Assembly: GCF_963921235.1 (NCBI RefSeq)
Contig: NC_086097.1
Span: 114,268,001-114,332,000, forward strand
Direction: 5' to 3'
DNA from: Mobula hypostoma
Lineage: Eukaryota
Length of the DNA: 64,000 nt
Shown here: piece after piece, positions 11,845 to 25,119 of the stretch
Position numbering within the stretch: position 1 is the first letter of the stretch
Layout of the letters: every line of letters starts with the position of its first letter
Translations under genes and position numbers: made by a program
The notes under the pieces: model-generated
What the model was told of the DNA's origin: nothing
Seen by the model: the letters and a program-made list of their open reading frames with translations, nothing else
Databases searched by the model: none

Positions 11845-14060
11845 ATACTTCAAAAGGGGTCAACCTAGTGGTCCTATTAATGAATTCTCAAGGTATGCAG
11901 AACAATCAGCAGCATCTCAGGACATTTCGGTCCCGCCTTTGGCATACTTTGGCCAGAATGTCTTTCAGTATTCCATTCATCCTTTCCATTATTCCAGATG
12001 ACTGTGGTTGATAGGGCACATATCACTCCCAGGAGCATCCCTGGCCTTGCCCAGTGCTTCAGTTAATTTCCCCATAAAGTGTTCCTTACAAAGAATCCCA
12101 AATCAGGGAATAATCTTCTTCATCAGTAATTTAGCTATTGTCCTGGTGTCTTCTTTTTGTGTGGGAAAGGTCTCTATCCACTATTACTAACAGATATTTA
12201 TATCCCCCATAGCTGGCATATGTAAAAACTCTATTTAGTCAAAGCGCAGACTCATAAATTGTACCGTCAGCTAGGATGCAGGCTGTAGTGAGAGCAAATA
12301 GCTCAGCTGCTTGCTTGATGTTCCTGAAGGGAGATAACCCGCTTCCAATACCTCATGACAAGTCACCAGGGCATACCCAGTCGGTGTCTCAAAATCATTA
12401 GGTTTACACGATCAACCATCAGTAAAAATAATTAGATCTGGGTTATTTAAAGGGGCAGAACTCACATCAGGACCAGAGTAGGTAATGGCTTCTACAGTTA
12501 ACACACAACCATTTTGTATGGCGTCATTGTGAATGGTAACAAGGGTGCTCTTTTAAGAAGCAAATTTGGCTTTGATAATAGCAAACCCTGTTTGCCTTTC
12601 TGCTGTAGAGTGCTGTTAGCCGCTGAATTGAGGAGTAGCATTACTGCATCAGGAGTCAGTACTGTGCAGAAGTGTTCCAATATTATAGACGTTGCCTTTT
12701 CGATCATCACTGCTGTCGCTGCTGTAGTTCGTAGGCAGCCAGGCAAGCCACGTACCACGGGTGGTAATTGAGTGGAGTAATATGCCACCGGTCTTTTCAA
12801 GCCATTGTGTTCCCGAGTCAGCATGGCGAGGGCAAATCCCTCCTTTTCATTAGTATATAACTGGAAGGATTTAGAGTAGTCAGGAATGCCCAAGGCTGAT
12901 GCGTGGAGCAATTCCTTCTTTAGAGCCTCATATGCCTGTTCCATTTCTGGGCTCCAATGGATTTGAGACGGTGCCTCCTGTAGTACAGCTGACCATAGCA
13001 CAGCATCATAGGTCCTGTATTCAGGAACAGTGTCGACAATGATCTGTCATTCCGAGAAGTGCATCTCTTTTTTGACATTTTCTGGTCTAAGAGATTGTGT
13101 AATAGCGGACACATGTTCAGGACCAAGTCTCCCAGTGCCTTGTTGCAGAACATAGCCCAAGTAGGTAGCAGTTGTTCGGCAGAACCGTAACTTAGATAAC
13201 GAGGCTCGGTGTCCATGAGCGGCCAGGTGATTTAACAGTGTTACAGAGTCTTTCTGGCAATCTGCCAGTGTTTTGGAGGCCAGCAGCAGATCATCAGCAT
13301 ATTGTAAAATGGCACTGGTGCCTGGCAACAGGAACGCATTCTAATCGCCTCGTACTGCAGCTCCACATACCGCAGGGCTCTCGGTATAGCCCTGTGGTAA
13401 ATTCGTCCAGGTATATTTTTGTCCATTATATATAAAGGCGAACAGGTATTAACCATCCTTGTGTAGAGGGACCAAAAAGAATGTACACTGAATGTACTGT
13501 ACACCTTTTTCTCAGTATGTTTATTCATCGGACCTTTTGTAGGTGGATCGGCAGGCCTCGAGGCTGTGTTTCTTATCTGCGGCACAACACTGGTGGCATT
13601 TGCATATTTACTTTCATTACTACCCATTCTTACCTGTTAGTTTTAGGTTAACCTGTAATCAAATTTGGCTTTCAATCACAATACAATTTCCTTATCCTTT
13701 TCTTGCCAGAATTTATCTCAGTCTTCGAAGTCCCTAATGCCCTTTAGTTTGACTATTCACTGGACTCGCTGTGGGTATCGGACCCTGTCTTCCATCTTCC
13801 GTCTTGCCCTTCTCCAGGAGCTCAGGGATGGTCATCCCCGGAGACTCAGAGCGGCTCACGGTCAAACGTTCTCACGAATGTTTCCCGCATTGTCAGAGAA
13901 ATTTGCTATCGCCCCGGTTTGCTTGGACCCGTATCTCTTGGGATCCCATTCCTGTCGCCAAATTGTTAGCAAATTAATTTCTCTAACAATGGCCACAGCT
14001 GCAGCATTGTCTTTCTCAGCTGTTCTCTGCAGTCTTGATATCACATTGATTGAATCAAAT
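11845..14060 (-). mobile_element. pol: Degraded endogenous retrovirus, class I (epsilon/gamma-like) pol (RT-tether-RNase H-integrase) with possible gag remnant
   Basis: FAFIYNGQKYTWTNLPQGYTESP; LQYADDLLLA (13290-13301); GHRASLSKL; PVAYYSTQL..V.RGLPGCLR; RNase H-like FTDG..S (~12400-12430); integrase WIETFPT...PYQPQSSGIMERMNGILK (~11960-12185). Many stops and frameshifts. Confidence 0.85.
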
Positions 14061-14377
14061 TGAGCATTGGCTTCTTGTGCTAGTAAGAATCTCAGGATGG
14101 ATCAACCAGATGATGTTTAAGGCTGGGCTTTGTCTTTGGCAGTCACATGCTGGCTCTGCTTTTGCTGAGAATTAAGATATTCTTGGAGATTTCCACCATC
14201 TCTTTATGGTATTCTTCAGTCATTCACACCTGAATGTGGTATTGCTGCACAGCTATGATTTGATGCTTTGGTTGAGGGATTGTTTAGCTCCATCTTTTCC
14301 ATTCTGTTTTAGCTGTTAAGCACATATGTTTGGTGTTGCACATTCACCAATTTCACGCCACATTTATTTTTAGGCAT

Positions 14378-17300
14378 ACAGTTGATTCCAGTTAATTGGG
14401 ATACATCAGGACCTGTACATGAGAACATAAGAAACAGGAGCAGGAGCAGCCCATCTGGCCTGCTGAGCCTGCCCCGCCATTCAATAAGATCACGGCTGAT
14501 CTGGCCATGGGTTCATCTCCAACTAACCGCCTTTTCACTATAACCCTTAATTCCTCAGTAAATATATTTAAGACAAGATTGGATGCAAAAATCTATCCAA
14601 CCTTATTTTAAATATATTTACTGAAGTAGCCCCCACTGCTTAATTGGGCAGAGAATGCCACAGATTCACCACTCTCTGGGAAAAGCAGTTTGTCCTCCTC
14701 TCCATCCTAAATCTACTCCTCCGAATCTTGAGGCTATGTCCCCTCGTTGTAGTCCGACCACCAATAAATTCCTATATCTTATTACCCTTTCATAATTTTA
14801 TATGTTTCTATAAGATCTCTTCTCATTCTTCTGAATTCCAGCAAGTACAGTTCCAGGCGAATCAATCTCTCCACATAGTCTAACCTCCTCATCTCTGAAA
14901 TCAACCCAGTGAACCTTCTCTGCGCCACCTCCAAAGCCAGGATATCCTTCCTCAAGTAAGGAGTCCAGAGCTGCACACAGTACTCCAGGTATAGCCTCAC
15001 CAGTACCCTGTCCAGTTGCAGCATATTCTCCGGCACATATATTCAGTCCCTCTAGCAATGAAGGCTAACATTCCATTTGACTTCTTGATTGCCTGCAGCT
15101 CCTACAAACCAACCTTTTGTGATTCATGCACAAGCACTGCTAAGTCCCTCTACACATCAGTATGCTGCAAATTTGTACCATTTAAATAATAATCTGCTCT
15201 TTATTTTCCTTCCAAATTGGATGACCTCGCTTTTACCAACATTGTACTCCATCTGCCAGACCCTTGCTCACTCACTTATCTATATTTTTCCGCAGACGCT
15301 CCATATCTTCTGCACAATTTGTTTTTCCAGTTAATTCAGTATCATCAGCAAACCTAGATACACTACACTCGGTCCCCTCTTCCAGATCGTTAATGTATAT
15401 CATGGACAGTTGCGGGCCCAGCACTGACCCCGATGGCACACCGCTCACCACTGATTGCCAACCAGAGTAACACCCATGTATCCCAACGCTCTGCTTTCTA
15501 CTTCTTAATCAATCCTCTATCCATGCTAATATATCACCCCCAACTCTATGCATCCTTATCTTATGAATGTCTTTTATGTCGCACCTTATTGAATGCCTTC
15601 TGGAAATCCAAGTAAATTTAATGTCCATCTGTTTCCCCCCTGTCCACTGTGTTCATTGTATCCACAAAGAACTCCAGTAAGTTTGTGAAACAGGACCTGC
15701 TTTTGCTGAATCCTTAGTACATCTGCCTGATGGGTCCATTTCTTTCCAGATGCCTTGCTATTTCTTCCTTAATGATTGCTTTAAGCATTTTCCTAACTAC
15801 AGATGTTAAACTAACTGGCTCTGTTTACCTGCCTTTTGCTTATCTCCTTTTTTGAAGAGTGGCATGACATTTGCTGTCTTCCAATCTGCCAGGACCTGCC
15901 CAGAGTCCAGAGAATTTGGTAAATCATCACCAAAGCCTCTATTATGACTTCTGCCATTTCTTTCAGTACACTGGGATGCAATCCATCAGGACCAGGGGAC
16001 TTAACTAACTTCAGGCCCACAGGTTTGCTCAGCATTATCTCTTTAGTTCTAGCTATTGTATCGAGGTCCTCACCTCCCATTGCATCCATAACATCTCTCT
16101 CTGGCATGTTAGATGCATGCTCCACCATGAAGACCAACACAAAATACACTTTGGCCAAATTAAGCAGCTTCCCCAATCAGTCAGAGTTTCATGAAAATAG
16201 TTAAAAGGTTTAAAAAAGACAAATAACTATTTAACTCAGTAACAAATTATGTATTTAAATGAAATACAGAACAAATTAGGACACTACCAATGCTACTGCA
16301 GTACCATAAATCTGTGTATTAGTTCCTAATAGTTATTGACGGAGGTATTCATCCAGTATATATTGCCGTGTATGGGGTGTCCAGGGAGGGGTCACACCTC
16401 TGGTGAAGGGACTTGTGTCCATTCTGGGGGAGCTCACACACCTTTGGTCCCCGCTGGACACTCATCTCTCACCTGTGGCTCCAAGTAGCTGTTTGCTTGC
16501 GACAGCAGCCACACACCAGTACACCACTTTGCAGGCAGTCTAAACCACAGGAGGATAGCCAGAAATCCTCATACCCTGGTGAAATAGGGAAATTCATATG
16601 AGGTCAGCTTCAGCTGACTGGGCGGATAAGATCACCAATAATGCATTGATGAGATCGGTGGCCAAGAAGGTGGTTCTGCATCACTTTGTGATAAAGCACA
16701 GAAGAAGTCATGATTATCCACTGTAACCAAGGAAGACCCCAGTTTGTGACAACAACTGGTACAACTGCACCAGGCTTCTGAGGTCGAGAGTGTGGAACTG
16801 TCCCAGTGCAATGGCTTTTCCATTTTCAAAACTTTGCTGCACAGGTTTTGCATTCACTGCCATATACGACAGACAACCAACACTTTTGATTGACTGTAAA
16901 TGAACAAAATTAACACAGATACCCAGTGCGGATAATGGACTGTCTTCATACAATGCTTTTGACGATTGCATCCTTATCTTCATTTTCCTTGTAACTTTCA
17001 AAATGTTTGTGATATCTCCAAATTCTTTGTAGTTCCTCACTTGTCGAAATAGTAAAGTTGTTTCATTTTCTCTCCCAACTGTTTCTGGCATCTCAAAGCC
17101 TGAATGCTTGAAACCACAGTGAGCAAAGCAACTCTTAAATTGTTTTCCTATTTATTTCTCGCCAGCTATCACTGACAAAAATCACTGCTATTTGAAGGCA
17201 CACAAATAAACCTGTTTAAAAACTGTTTAAGGATAGTGTAGTGTCTAACTATCCTCAAATGATGCTAGCTAGTTAGAAACTGTTTGGTAATAGTCTCCTG

Positions 17301-17437
17301 TCCCAATTAAGTGGCATAGTGTCCCAAATAAATGAAGGGAATCCTGGCTATTTTCTCGATTAATTTTTCTTCTTTAAGAGTTGTGCCAAGTAACCAGCTG
17401 CCCCGATTAAATGATGGACCAATTAACCAGAATTCAG
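14378..17437. mobile_element. pogo/Tigger-like non-autonomous DNA transposon, interrupted by CR1 (~14420-16140) and an RTE-like short element (~16371-16882); its right part is also present at 523-1077
   Basis: Terminal inverted repeats TA-CAGTTGATTCCAGTTAATTGGG (14378) and CCAATTAACCAGAATTCAG-TA (~17437). The same terminus occurs at ~55665-55688. Confidence 0.6.
14420..16140 (-). mobile_element. CR1 LINE, 5'-truncated
   Basis: KSPGPDGLHPSVLKE, LEYCVQLWTPYLRKDI; CR1 3' UTR ending near 14420. Confidence 0.9.
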
Positions 17438-17847
17438 TATACTCAGCACTATTCCCAGCATATCTGACTGAATTACTTGTTATGTTATGATGTATCTTGT
17501 GGCATGATAGGTATTGGTACAGTGAAGGATATGACAAAACAATGTGATAGATGATGATGAAATATAATTGTCTGACATGGTAGCTAACTAGTAACCATGC
17601 ACAATAGTCAGCTTTAAACAGTGTTTTATTGAGTCTGTGTCAATTTGCATAATATTTATGTCCCATGATGTGATAAAGGATTATCTCAGTATAAAATACT
17701 TAAATTAATGAGCTAAGGGCTGCTGGAAAAAATGTTTTTATTTTTCTGAGAGTTTTGAGGTAACTCTCAAGTTCTGAAGATGTCCATGCATCAATACTGC
17801 TTTAAAAAAAATACTCCTTTATTTTGACCACAAATTGTTTAATGTTA
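16361..17847. repeat. Segmental duplication copy 2 (matches 1-1500)
   Basis: Same spurious ORFs (53..241 = 16413..16601; 354..731 ~ 16714..17091). Similarity ends after ...ccacaaattgtttaatgtta. Confidence 0.95.
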
Positions 17848-19569
17848 AAATATGTTATTAATATGGTAAACAGTTTGTACTTTTATTATTTTATTATCTG
17901 GTTTATAGCTATGAATAACATTGCATTGTAGGTTATATGTGTATTAAAAATTCCAATGCCATGAATTCCAATTACAGATTTGTTCTGTAAGGATCATAAT
18001 TGTACTGCCTTCTTGCAGACGTATTTTCTACTGGAAAACTGCTTCCAAGGATTTGATAACAGTTCAATATCTTACTCAGGATTTCCATAAGAGAAGAGAA
18101 CTAGGTCATCTGATTCCAGTGAAAATGATGACTGTCACAGACCTTCCATATCACACTCTCAAGACTATTTCAGACATTGATCAGTTCTTTCTTGTAGAAG
18201 TGTTCTTGATATCAGTCCTGAACTTGATGTCTTTCCAAACACTTGCCTGCAGCTGCCAGGTAACACGTCAAGGTCTTAGATTACCTCTTAAGTTTTGCAG
18301 CAAAAATTAATTACGTCACTTATTATTCACCTCCTTTAAAACTTTTAATTTAGCTTTTACTCACATTAGAACAGAACATGAAAACAGAACACTACAGCAT
18401 GAACCCTTCGCCCCATGATGTTATACCAAACTAATTAAACCTATAGGAGCTACGTATCTAGTTTTTGATCTGTGGGAGTCATGTATCTATTTTTTGTCTG
18501 TATTGTATTTTGTGGCACATTTATTATGATAATTTGTCATGTGGGTTGGGGCTTGGGAGAAACAAATGAGTAGAATCCTCACTCACAAATTGAGCACACC
18601 CCTCCCTTCTCTACATATTCATATGTCCATCTAAGAGTCTCTTAAACACTCCTATGCTATCTGGCTCTACCACAACCCCTAGCAGTGCATTCCTGGCACC
18701 CATCACTCTCTGTATAAAAAATCATGACCCACACAACTCCTTTGTACTCCCAGCCCCAAACCTTAAAAGATGCCTTTTAATACTAGACCTTTCAATCCTA
18801 GGAAATAGATACTGGCTGTCTACTCTGTCTAGGTCTTACATTATTTTATAAACTTCTAACACATCTCCCCTCAGCCTTGCCACTTCTGCAAAAACGTTTC
18901 TCCAGTTGACCAATCTCTCCTTATTGTACGCGCTGTCTAATGCATGTAAACCTCTTCTGCATTCTCTCCATATCCTTCTTATAATGAGGCAACTAGAATG
19001 GAATACAATACTGTAAATGTGACCTAAACAGAGTTCAGAATTTTATAAAGCCTAAAGATAACCTTCTGGCTCTTGAACTCAATGCTTGGAAATGAAAAGT
19101 TGATTACTTTATTCCAACTGAAGTGGGAATTGCCCCTTACCTGATGCAATCCTGGTGTACATTAGGTTTTAGGTAAATCTCCCTGCTTTCTCCTGCTCCT
19201 TCTGTTTTAAAGACTTCTCTTAATACTCTTCTCATTGACAAAGTTTCTGGTTATTTGCAAACATTTTCCTTTGATGGCCCGATATCAAATTTGTTTACCT
19301 TTGGCGTCCAACAGTCTGTTGATCTCTACCTTGAATATTTCTTCTCTCATTACAGGTTCCTATTGGCTCCAAATCTGTATCATCAAGCAGGTCATTGGAA
19401 AATTTATATCAGTTAAAATTGAATACTTTAAATCTGAAAATTCTTACAAATTGTAATCAAGTGACATGGTTGACAACAGGGCTTTGTTTCCAGGTTGCCT
19501 CACTGTCTTTTATGCTCACTTTGACCATCAAAACATGGAAGAACCAACTACCACAGCATCCAATGACCC

Positions 19570-20201
19570 TGTGTATTTTTGATATTTTATGGTGTTAAAC
19601 ACTTGGTTCTATTGCCAAAAGGAACGCCTCCATTTATGGAAAGAAGAGTCCAACTCTGAGCCACGCATTCAGTGCTTCCTTGTCGACATTTAGTCTGCTC
19701 AAGTCGTAGGGATGTCTTCCATGGAGGGTCATGCTCTCCCATTGGTTAACTTTTTCTTTTATAATAATAATTTCTTCATTTTTCTGTGTGTGTTTTCATT
19801 TAAGTTTCGTGGTGTGTACCTCTTATCAGAATTGCATATGCTTGTCTGGAATGCTGAATTCTATTTTTTGTTGATGAAACTATGTCCTTCGAAGTTTTAT
19901 CTGACTGTTGCATAATTTTTTTTTATCTCTGTTATTCCTTTTCCTCCTTCTGTCCTAGGTAGTGTTAGTCTAAGTGTATTCGAGTGTACATAGTGTCTTC
20001 TAAAATTTGACTTTTCAGTTCTTGTTTTTCTTTGTAAATTTTCCAGATGGGTTTCAGATCAAAATATTATGACAAAAGAATACATTAATATAGGTATTGC
20101 AAAAGTGCTTATTGCCAATGTTATATTTTTACTGTTGAGCTCTGTTTGGCAGATTTCCTTTAGCCTTGAAGTAAATTCTGTTGAAAGTTTTCCCTTTATT
20201 G
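19570..20201 (-). mobile_element. R4/Dong (Rex6-like) non-LTR retrotransposon fragment, downstream half
   Basis: Minus-strand translation EFTSRLKEICQTELNSKNITLAISTFAIPILMYSF...RLTLPRTEGGKGI...WESMTLHGRH...VDKEALNAWL...FLLAI matches the post-RT motifs of the R4/Dong clade. Confidence 0.75.
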
Positions 20202-20256
20202 TGAGGTCAGGCCGGGTAAATTCCTTTAATTAATTTAATTAACTTAGGAGTAGGTA

Positions 20257-21381
20257 ATGGAGGCAGCAGTTAGGGCAGTCGAGTGCTCCATATGCAGAAT
20301 GTGGGAAGTCAGAGACAGCACAATTGTCCCTGATGACTACACCTGTAAAAGGTGCATCCAGCTGCAGCTCCTGACAAACCGAGTTAGGGAACTGGAGCTG
20401 GAGCTGGATGAACTTCGGATCATTTGTGAGGCAGAGGCAGAAATCGACAGGAGTTTCAGGGAGATAGTCACTCCTAAAAGTCAGGAGGCAAGAAGCTGGG
20501 TGACTGTCAGGAGAGGGAAGGGGAGTAGACAGAAGGAGAAGAACACCCCTGTGGCCGTTCCCATTAACAATAAGTATACCGTTTTGGATACTGCTGGTGG
20601 GGACGACCTACCAGTGATAAGTTGCAGTGGTCATGTCTCTGGCACTGAGACTGGACCCTCAACTCAGAAGGGAAGGAGGGAAAAGAGGAGAGTAGTAGTG
20701 ATAGGGGATTCAATAATTAGGGGGACAGATAAGAGGATCTGTGGGAGAGATCGAGAACCCCGGATGGTCTGTTGCCTCCCTGGTGCCAGGGTCTGCGATA
20801 TCTCGGATCGAGTTCTCGGTATTCTCAGGAGGGAGGGTGAGCAGCCAGATGTTGTGATCCATGTAGGGACCAATGACGTGGATAGGAAGGAGGAGGATGT
20901 CCTGCAAAGAGAGTATAGGGAGTTAGGTGCAAAGTTGAAGGACAGGGCCCCTAGGGTTGCAATCTCAGGGTTGCTACCCGTGCCACATGCTAGTGAGGCT
21001 AGAAATAGGAAGATAATGCAGCTAAATACGTGGCTAAGGAGATGGTGCAGAAGGGAGGGCTTCATGTTTCTAGACAATTGGACTTTGTTCCAGGGAAGGT
21101 GGGACCTGTTCCGACGGGACGGTTTTCACCTGAACTGGAGGGGGACTAACATCCTTGTGGGTAGATTTGCTAGTGTTGCTCCGGGGGGGTTTAAACTAGA
21201 TGTGCAGGGGGAGGGGAACCAGAGTGTTAGAGCAGATAGTGAGGTGGAAGAGGATAAAGGTCATGCGAGGACTGCATGTATAGACAGTAATCAAAGGTTT
21301 GTACATGATAGAAATGTTCTCAGGTGCATCTATTTCAATGCAAGGAGTATTGTAGGTAAGGCAGATGAGCTTAGGGCATAG
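20257..21381 (+). CDS. CR1 ORF1 protein (Cys-rich N-terminus, coiled coil, SGNH/GDSL esterase); frame runs into the start of the ORF2 endonuclease
   Basis: CxxC...CxxC, LELELDEL coiled coil, VIGDSIIRG, CLPGARV, HVGTND, DGFHLN; ends in CIYFNARSIVGKADELRA. Confidence 0.85.
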   Translation: MEAAVRAVECSICRMWEVRDSTIVPDDYTCKRCIQLQLLTNRVRELELELDELRIICEAEAEIDRSFREIVTPKSQEARSWVTVRRGKGSRQKEKNTPVAVPINNKYTVLDTAGGDDLPVISCSGHVSGTETGPSTQKGRREKRRVVVIGDSIIRGTDKRICGRDREPRMVCCLPGARVCDISDRVLGILRREGEQPDVVIHVGTNDVDRKEEDVLQREYRELGAKLKDRAPRVAISGLLPVPHASEARNRKIMQLNTWLRRWCRREGFMFLDNWTLFQGRWDLFRRDGFHLNWRGTNILVGRFASVAPGGFKLDVQGEGNQSVRADSEVEEDKGHARTACIDSNQRFVHDRNVLRCIYFNARSIVGKADELRA

Positions 21382-21455
21382 ATTGACACGTGGGATTACG
21401 ACATTATGGTACTAGTGAGACTTGGTTGCAGGAGGGGCAGGACTGGCAGCTTAAT

Positions 21456-21563
21456 CAGAATCAGAATCCTTTATTATCGTCAAGTACGTGGACACATACA
21501 GGGAATTTGATGCCGGTTTCCCCGAGCTCTCGCTGTACAGAATCTAAAAAGCAAACATTGTTT
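21456..21563 (-). mobile_element. 108-bp LINE/SINE 3'-end insertion with (GATTCT)n tail
   Basis: 7-bp TSD GCTTAAT (21449-21455, 21564-21570); aatcagaatcagaatc on + strand. Confidence 0.7.
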
Positions 21564-22403
21564 GCTTAATGATCCAGGGTTCCGTTGTTTCAGATGTGAC
21601 AGAGGGGGAAGGATGAAAGCGGGAGGAGTGACATTACTAGTCAGGGAGAATATCACAGCTGTGCGTAGACAGGACAGCCTGGAGGGCTTGTCTACAGAGG
21701 CCATATGGGTGGAGCTGAGGAATGGGAAAGGGGTGACCACACTAATAGGGTTGTATTATAGACCGCCCAATAGTCAGAGAGAATTGGAGGAGCAAATCTG
21801 TAGAGAGAGAGCAGACCGATGTAAGAAACAGAAAGTTGTAATAGTCGGGGATTTTAAATTTCCACATGTTGACTGAGACTCCCACACTGTGGAAGGGTGT
21901 TAGATGGCGTGGAGTTTGTCAAATGTGTTCAGGAAAGTTTTTTAAATCAATATATAGAGGTACCAATGAGAGAGGATGCAATACTTGATCTCCTATTAGG
22001 GAAACAGACAGATCAGGTGACAGAAGTATGTGTAGGCGAACATTTTGGGTCCAGTGACCATAATGTCATTAGTTTCAAGTTAATTATGGATAAGGATAGG
22101 TCTGGTCCTCGAGTTAAGGTTCTAAATTGGAGAAGGGCCAATTTTGAGGAAATGAGAAAGGATCTAGGAAGAGTGGATTGGGATAAGTTGTTTTCTGGCA
22201 AGGATGGGTTCAGTATGTGGAAGGCATTCAAAGGCGAAATTTTGGGAGTGCAGTTGCATTGTTCCTGCCAGTTGCAAAGTTAACAGACATAGGGAACCTT
22301 GGTTTTCAAGGGATATTGGCGATCTGGTTAAGAAAAAGAGAGAGGTGTATAGCAGGTATAAACAACAAGGAAAAAATGAGGTACTTGAAGAGTATAGAAA
22401 ATG

Positions 22404-24870
22404 AACCAAATTGGTAAAGGTGCTGAGGAAGAGGATTTCTTGGAATGTATGCGGGATGGTTTTTTGAACCAACATGTCGAGGAACCAACTAGAGAGCAGG
22501 CTATTCTAGACTGGGTTTTGAGCAATGAGGAAGGGTTAATTAGCAATCTTGTCGTGAGAGGCCCCTTGGGTAAGAGTGACCATATTATGGTGGAATTCTT
22601 CATTAAGATGGAGAGTGACATAGTTAATTCAGAAACAAAGGTTCTGAACTTAAAGAGGGGTAACTTTGAAGGTATGAGACATGAATTAGCTAAGATAGAC
22701 TGGCAAATGACACTTAAAGGATTGACGGTGGATATGCAATGGCAAGCATTTAAAGATTGCATGGAGGAACTACAACAATTGTTCATCCCAGTTTGGCAAA
22801 AGAATAAATCAAGGAAGGTAGTGCACCCGTGGCTGACAAGAGAAATTAGGGATAGTATCAATTCCAAAGAAGAAGCATACAAATTAGCCAGAAAAAGTGG
22901 CTCACCTGAGGACTGGGAGAAATTCAGAGTTCAGCAGAGGAGGACAAACAGCTTAATTAGGAAGGGGAAAAAAGATTATGAGAGAAAACTGGCAGGGAAC
23001 ATAAAAACTGACTGTAAAAGCTTTTATAGATATGTAAAAAGGAAAAGACTGGTAAAGACAAATGTAGGTCCCCGATAGACAGAAACCGGTAAATTGATTA
23101 TGGGGAGCAAGGACATGGCAGACCAATTGAATAATTACTTTGGTTCTGTCTTCACTAAGGAGGACATAAATAATCTTCCAGAAATAGTAGGGGACAGAGG
23201 GTCCAGTGAGATGGAGGAACTGAGCGAAATACATGTTAGTAGGGAAGTGGTGTTAGGTAAATTGAAGGGATTAAAGGCAGATAAATCCCCAGGGCCAGAT
23301 GGTCTGCATCCCAGAATGCTTAAGGAAGTAGCCCAAGAAATAGTGGATGCATTAGTGATAATTTTTCAAAACTCGTTAGATTCTGGACTAGTTCCTGAGA
23401 ATTGGAGGGTGGCTAATGTAACTCCACTTTTTAAAAAAGGAGGGAGAGAGAAACCGGGGAATTATAGACCGGTTAGCCTAACGTCGGTGGTGGGGAAACT
23501 GCTGGAGTCAGTTATCAAAGATGTGATAACAGCACATTTGGAAAGCGGTGAAATGATCGGACAAAGTCAGCATGGATTTGTGAAAGGAAAATCATGTCTG
23601 ACGAATCTCATAGAATTTTTTGAGGATGTAACTAGTAGAGTGGATAGGGGAGAACCAGTGGATGTTGTATATTTGGATTTTCAAAAGGCTTTTGACAAGG
23701 TCCCACACAGGAGATTAGTGTGCAAACTTAATGCACACGGTATTGAGGGTAAGGTATTGATGTGCATAGAGAATTAGTTAGCAGACAGGAAGCAAAGAGT
23801 GGGAATAAACGGGACCTTTTCAGAATGGCAGGCAGTGACTAGTGGGGTACCGCAAGGCTCAGTGCTGGGACCCCAGTTGTTTACAATATATATTAATGAC
23901 TTGGATGAGGGAATTAAATGCAGCATCTCCAAGTTTGCGGATGACACGAAGCTGGGTGGCAGTGTTAGCTCTGAGGAGGATGCTAAGAGGATGCAGGGTG
24001 ACTTGGATAGGTTGGGTGAGTGGGCAAATTCATGGCAGATGCAATTTAATGTGGATAAATGTGAAGTTATCCACTTTGATGGCAAAAATAGGAAAACAGA
24101 TTATTATCTGAATGGTGGCCGATTAGGAAAAGGGGAGGTGCAACGAGACCTGGGTGTCATTATACACCAGTCATTGAAAGTGGGCATGCAGGTACAGCAG
24201 GCGGTGAAAAAGGCAAATGGTATGCTGGCATTTATAAGCAAGAGGATTCGAGTACAGGAGCAGGGAGGTACTACTGCAGTTGTACAAGGCCTTGGTGAGA
24301 CCACACCTGGAGTATTGTGTGCAGTTTTGGTCCCCTAATCTGAGGAAAGACATCCTTGCCATAGAGGGAGTACAAAGAAGGTTCATCAGATTGATTCCTG
24401 GGATGGCAGGACTTTCATATGAAGAAAGACTGGATGAACTAGGCTTGTACTCGTTGGAATTTAGAAGATTGAGGGGGGATCTGATTGAAACGTATAAAAT
24501 CCTAAAGGGATTGGACAGGCTAGATGCAGGAAGATTGTTCCCGATGTTGGGGAAGTCCAGAACGAGGGGTCATGGTTTGAGGATAAAGGCGAAGCCTTTT
24601 AGGACTGAGATTAGGAAAAACTTCTTCACACAGAGAGTGGTGACTCTGTGGAATCCTCTGCCACAGGAAACAGTTGAGGCCAGTTCATTGGCTATATTTA
24701 AGAGGGAGTTAGATATGGCCCTTGTGGCTAGGGGGACCAGAGGGTATGGAGGGAAGGCTGGTGCAGGGTTCTGAGTTGGATGATCAGCCATGATCATAAT
24801 AAATGGCGGTGCAGGCTCGAAGGGCCGAATGGCCTACTCCTGCACCTATTTTCTATGTTTCTATGTTTCT
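22404..24870 (+). mobile_element. Younger 5'-truncated CR1 nested inside the outer CR1 ORF2
   Basis: ORFs 22401-24774 give an almost continuous ORF2 (few stops/frameshift) with a (TTTCTATG)n tail. The host frame EEYRK/CKKILKK resumes after it. Confidence 0.92.
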
Positions 24871-25119
24871 GTGTAAGAAAATACTAAAGAAGGAAGTCAG
24901 GAAGGCAAAAAGAAGAGATGAGGTTGCATTGGCAGATAATGTGAAGGTAAACCCGAAGAGTTTCTACAAGTATATTAAGAGTAAAAAGATAGTAAGGGAC
25001 AAAATTGGTCCCCTAGAAGATCAAAGTGGTCATCTATGTGTGGAGCCTCACGAGATGGGGGAGATCTTAAAAATTTTTTTTCATCGGTATTTACTCAGGA
25101 AAATGGCATAGCATATATG

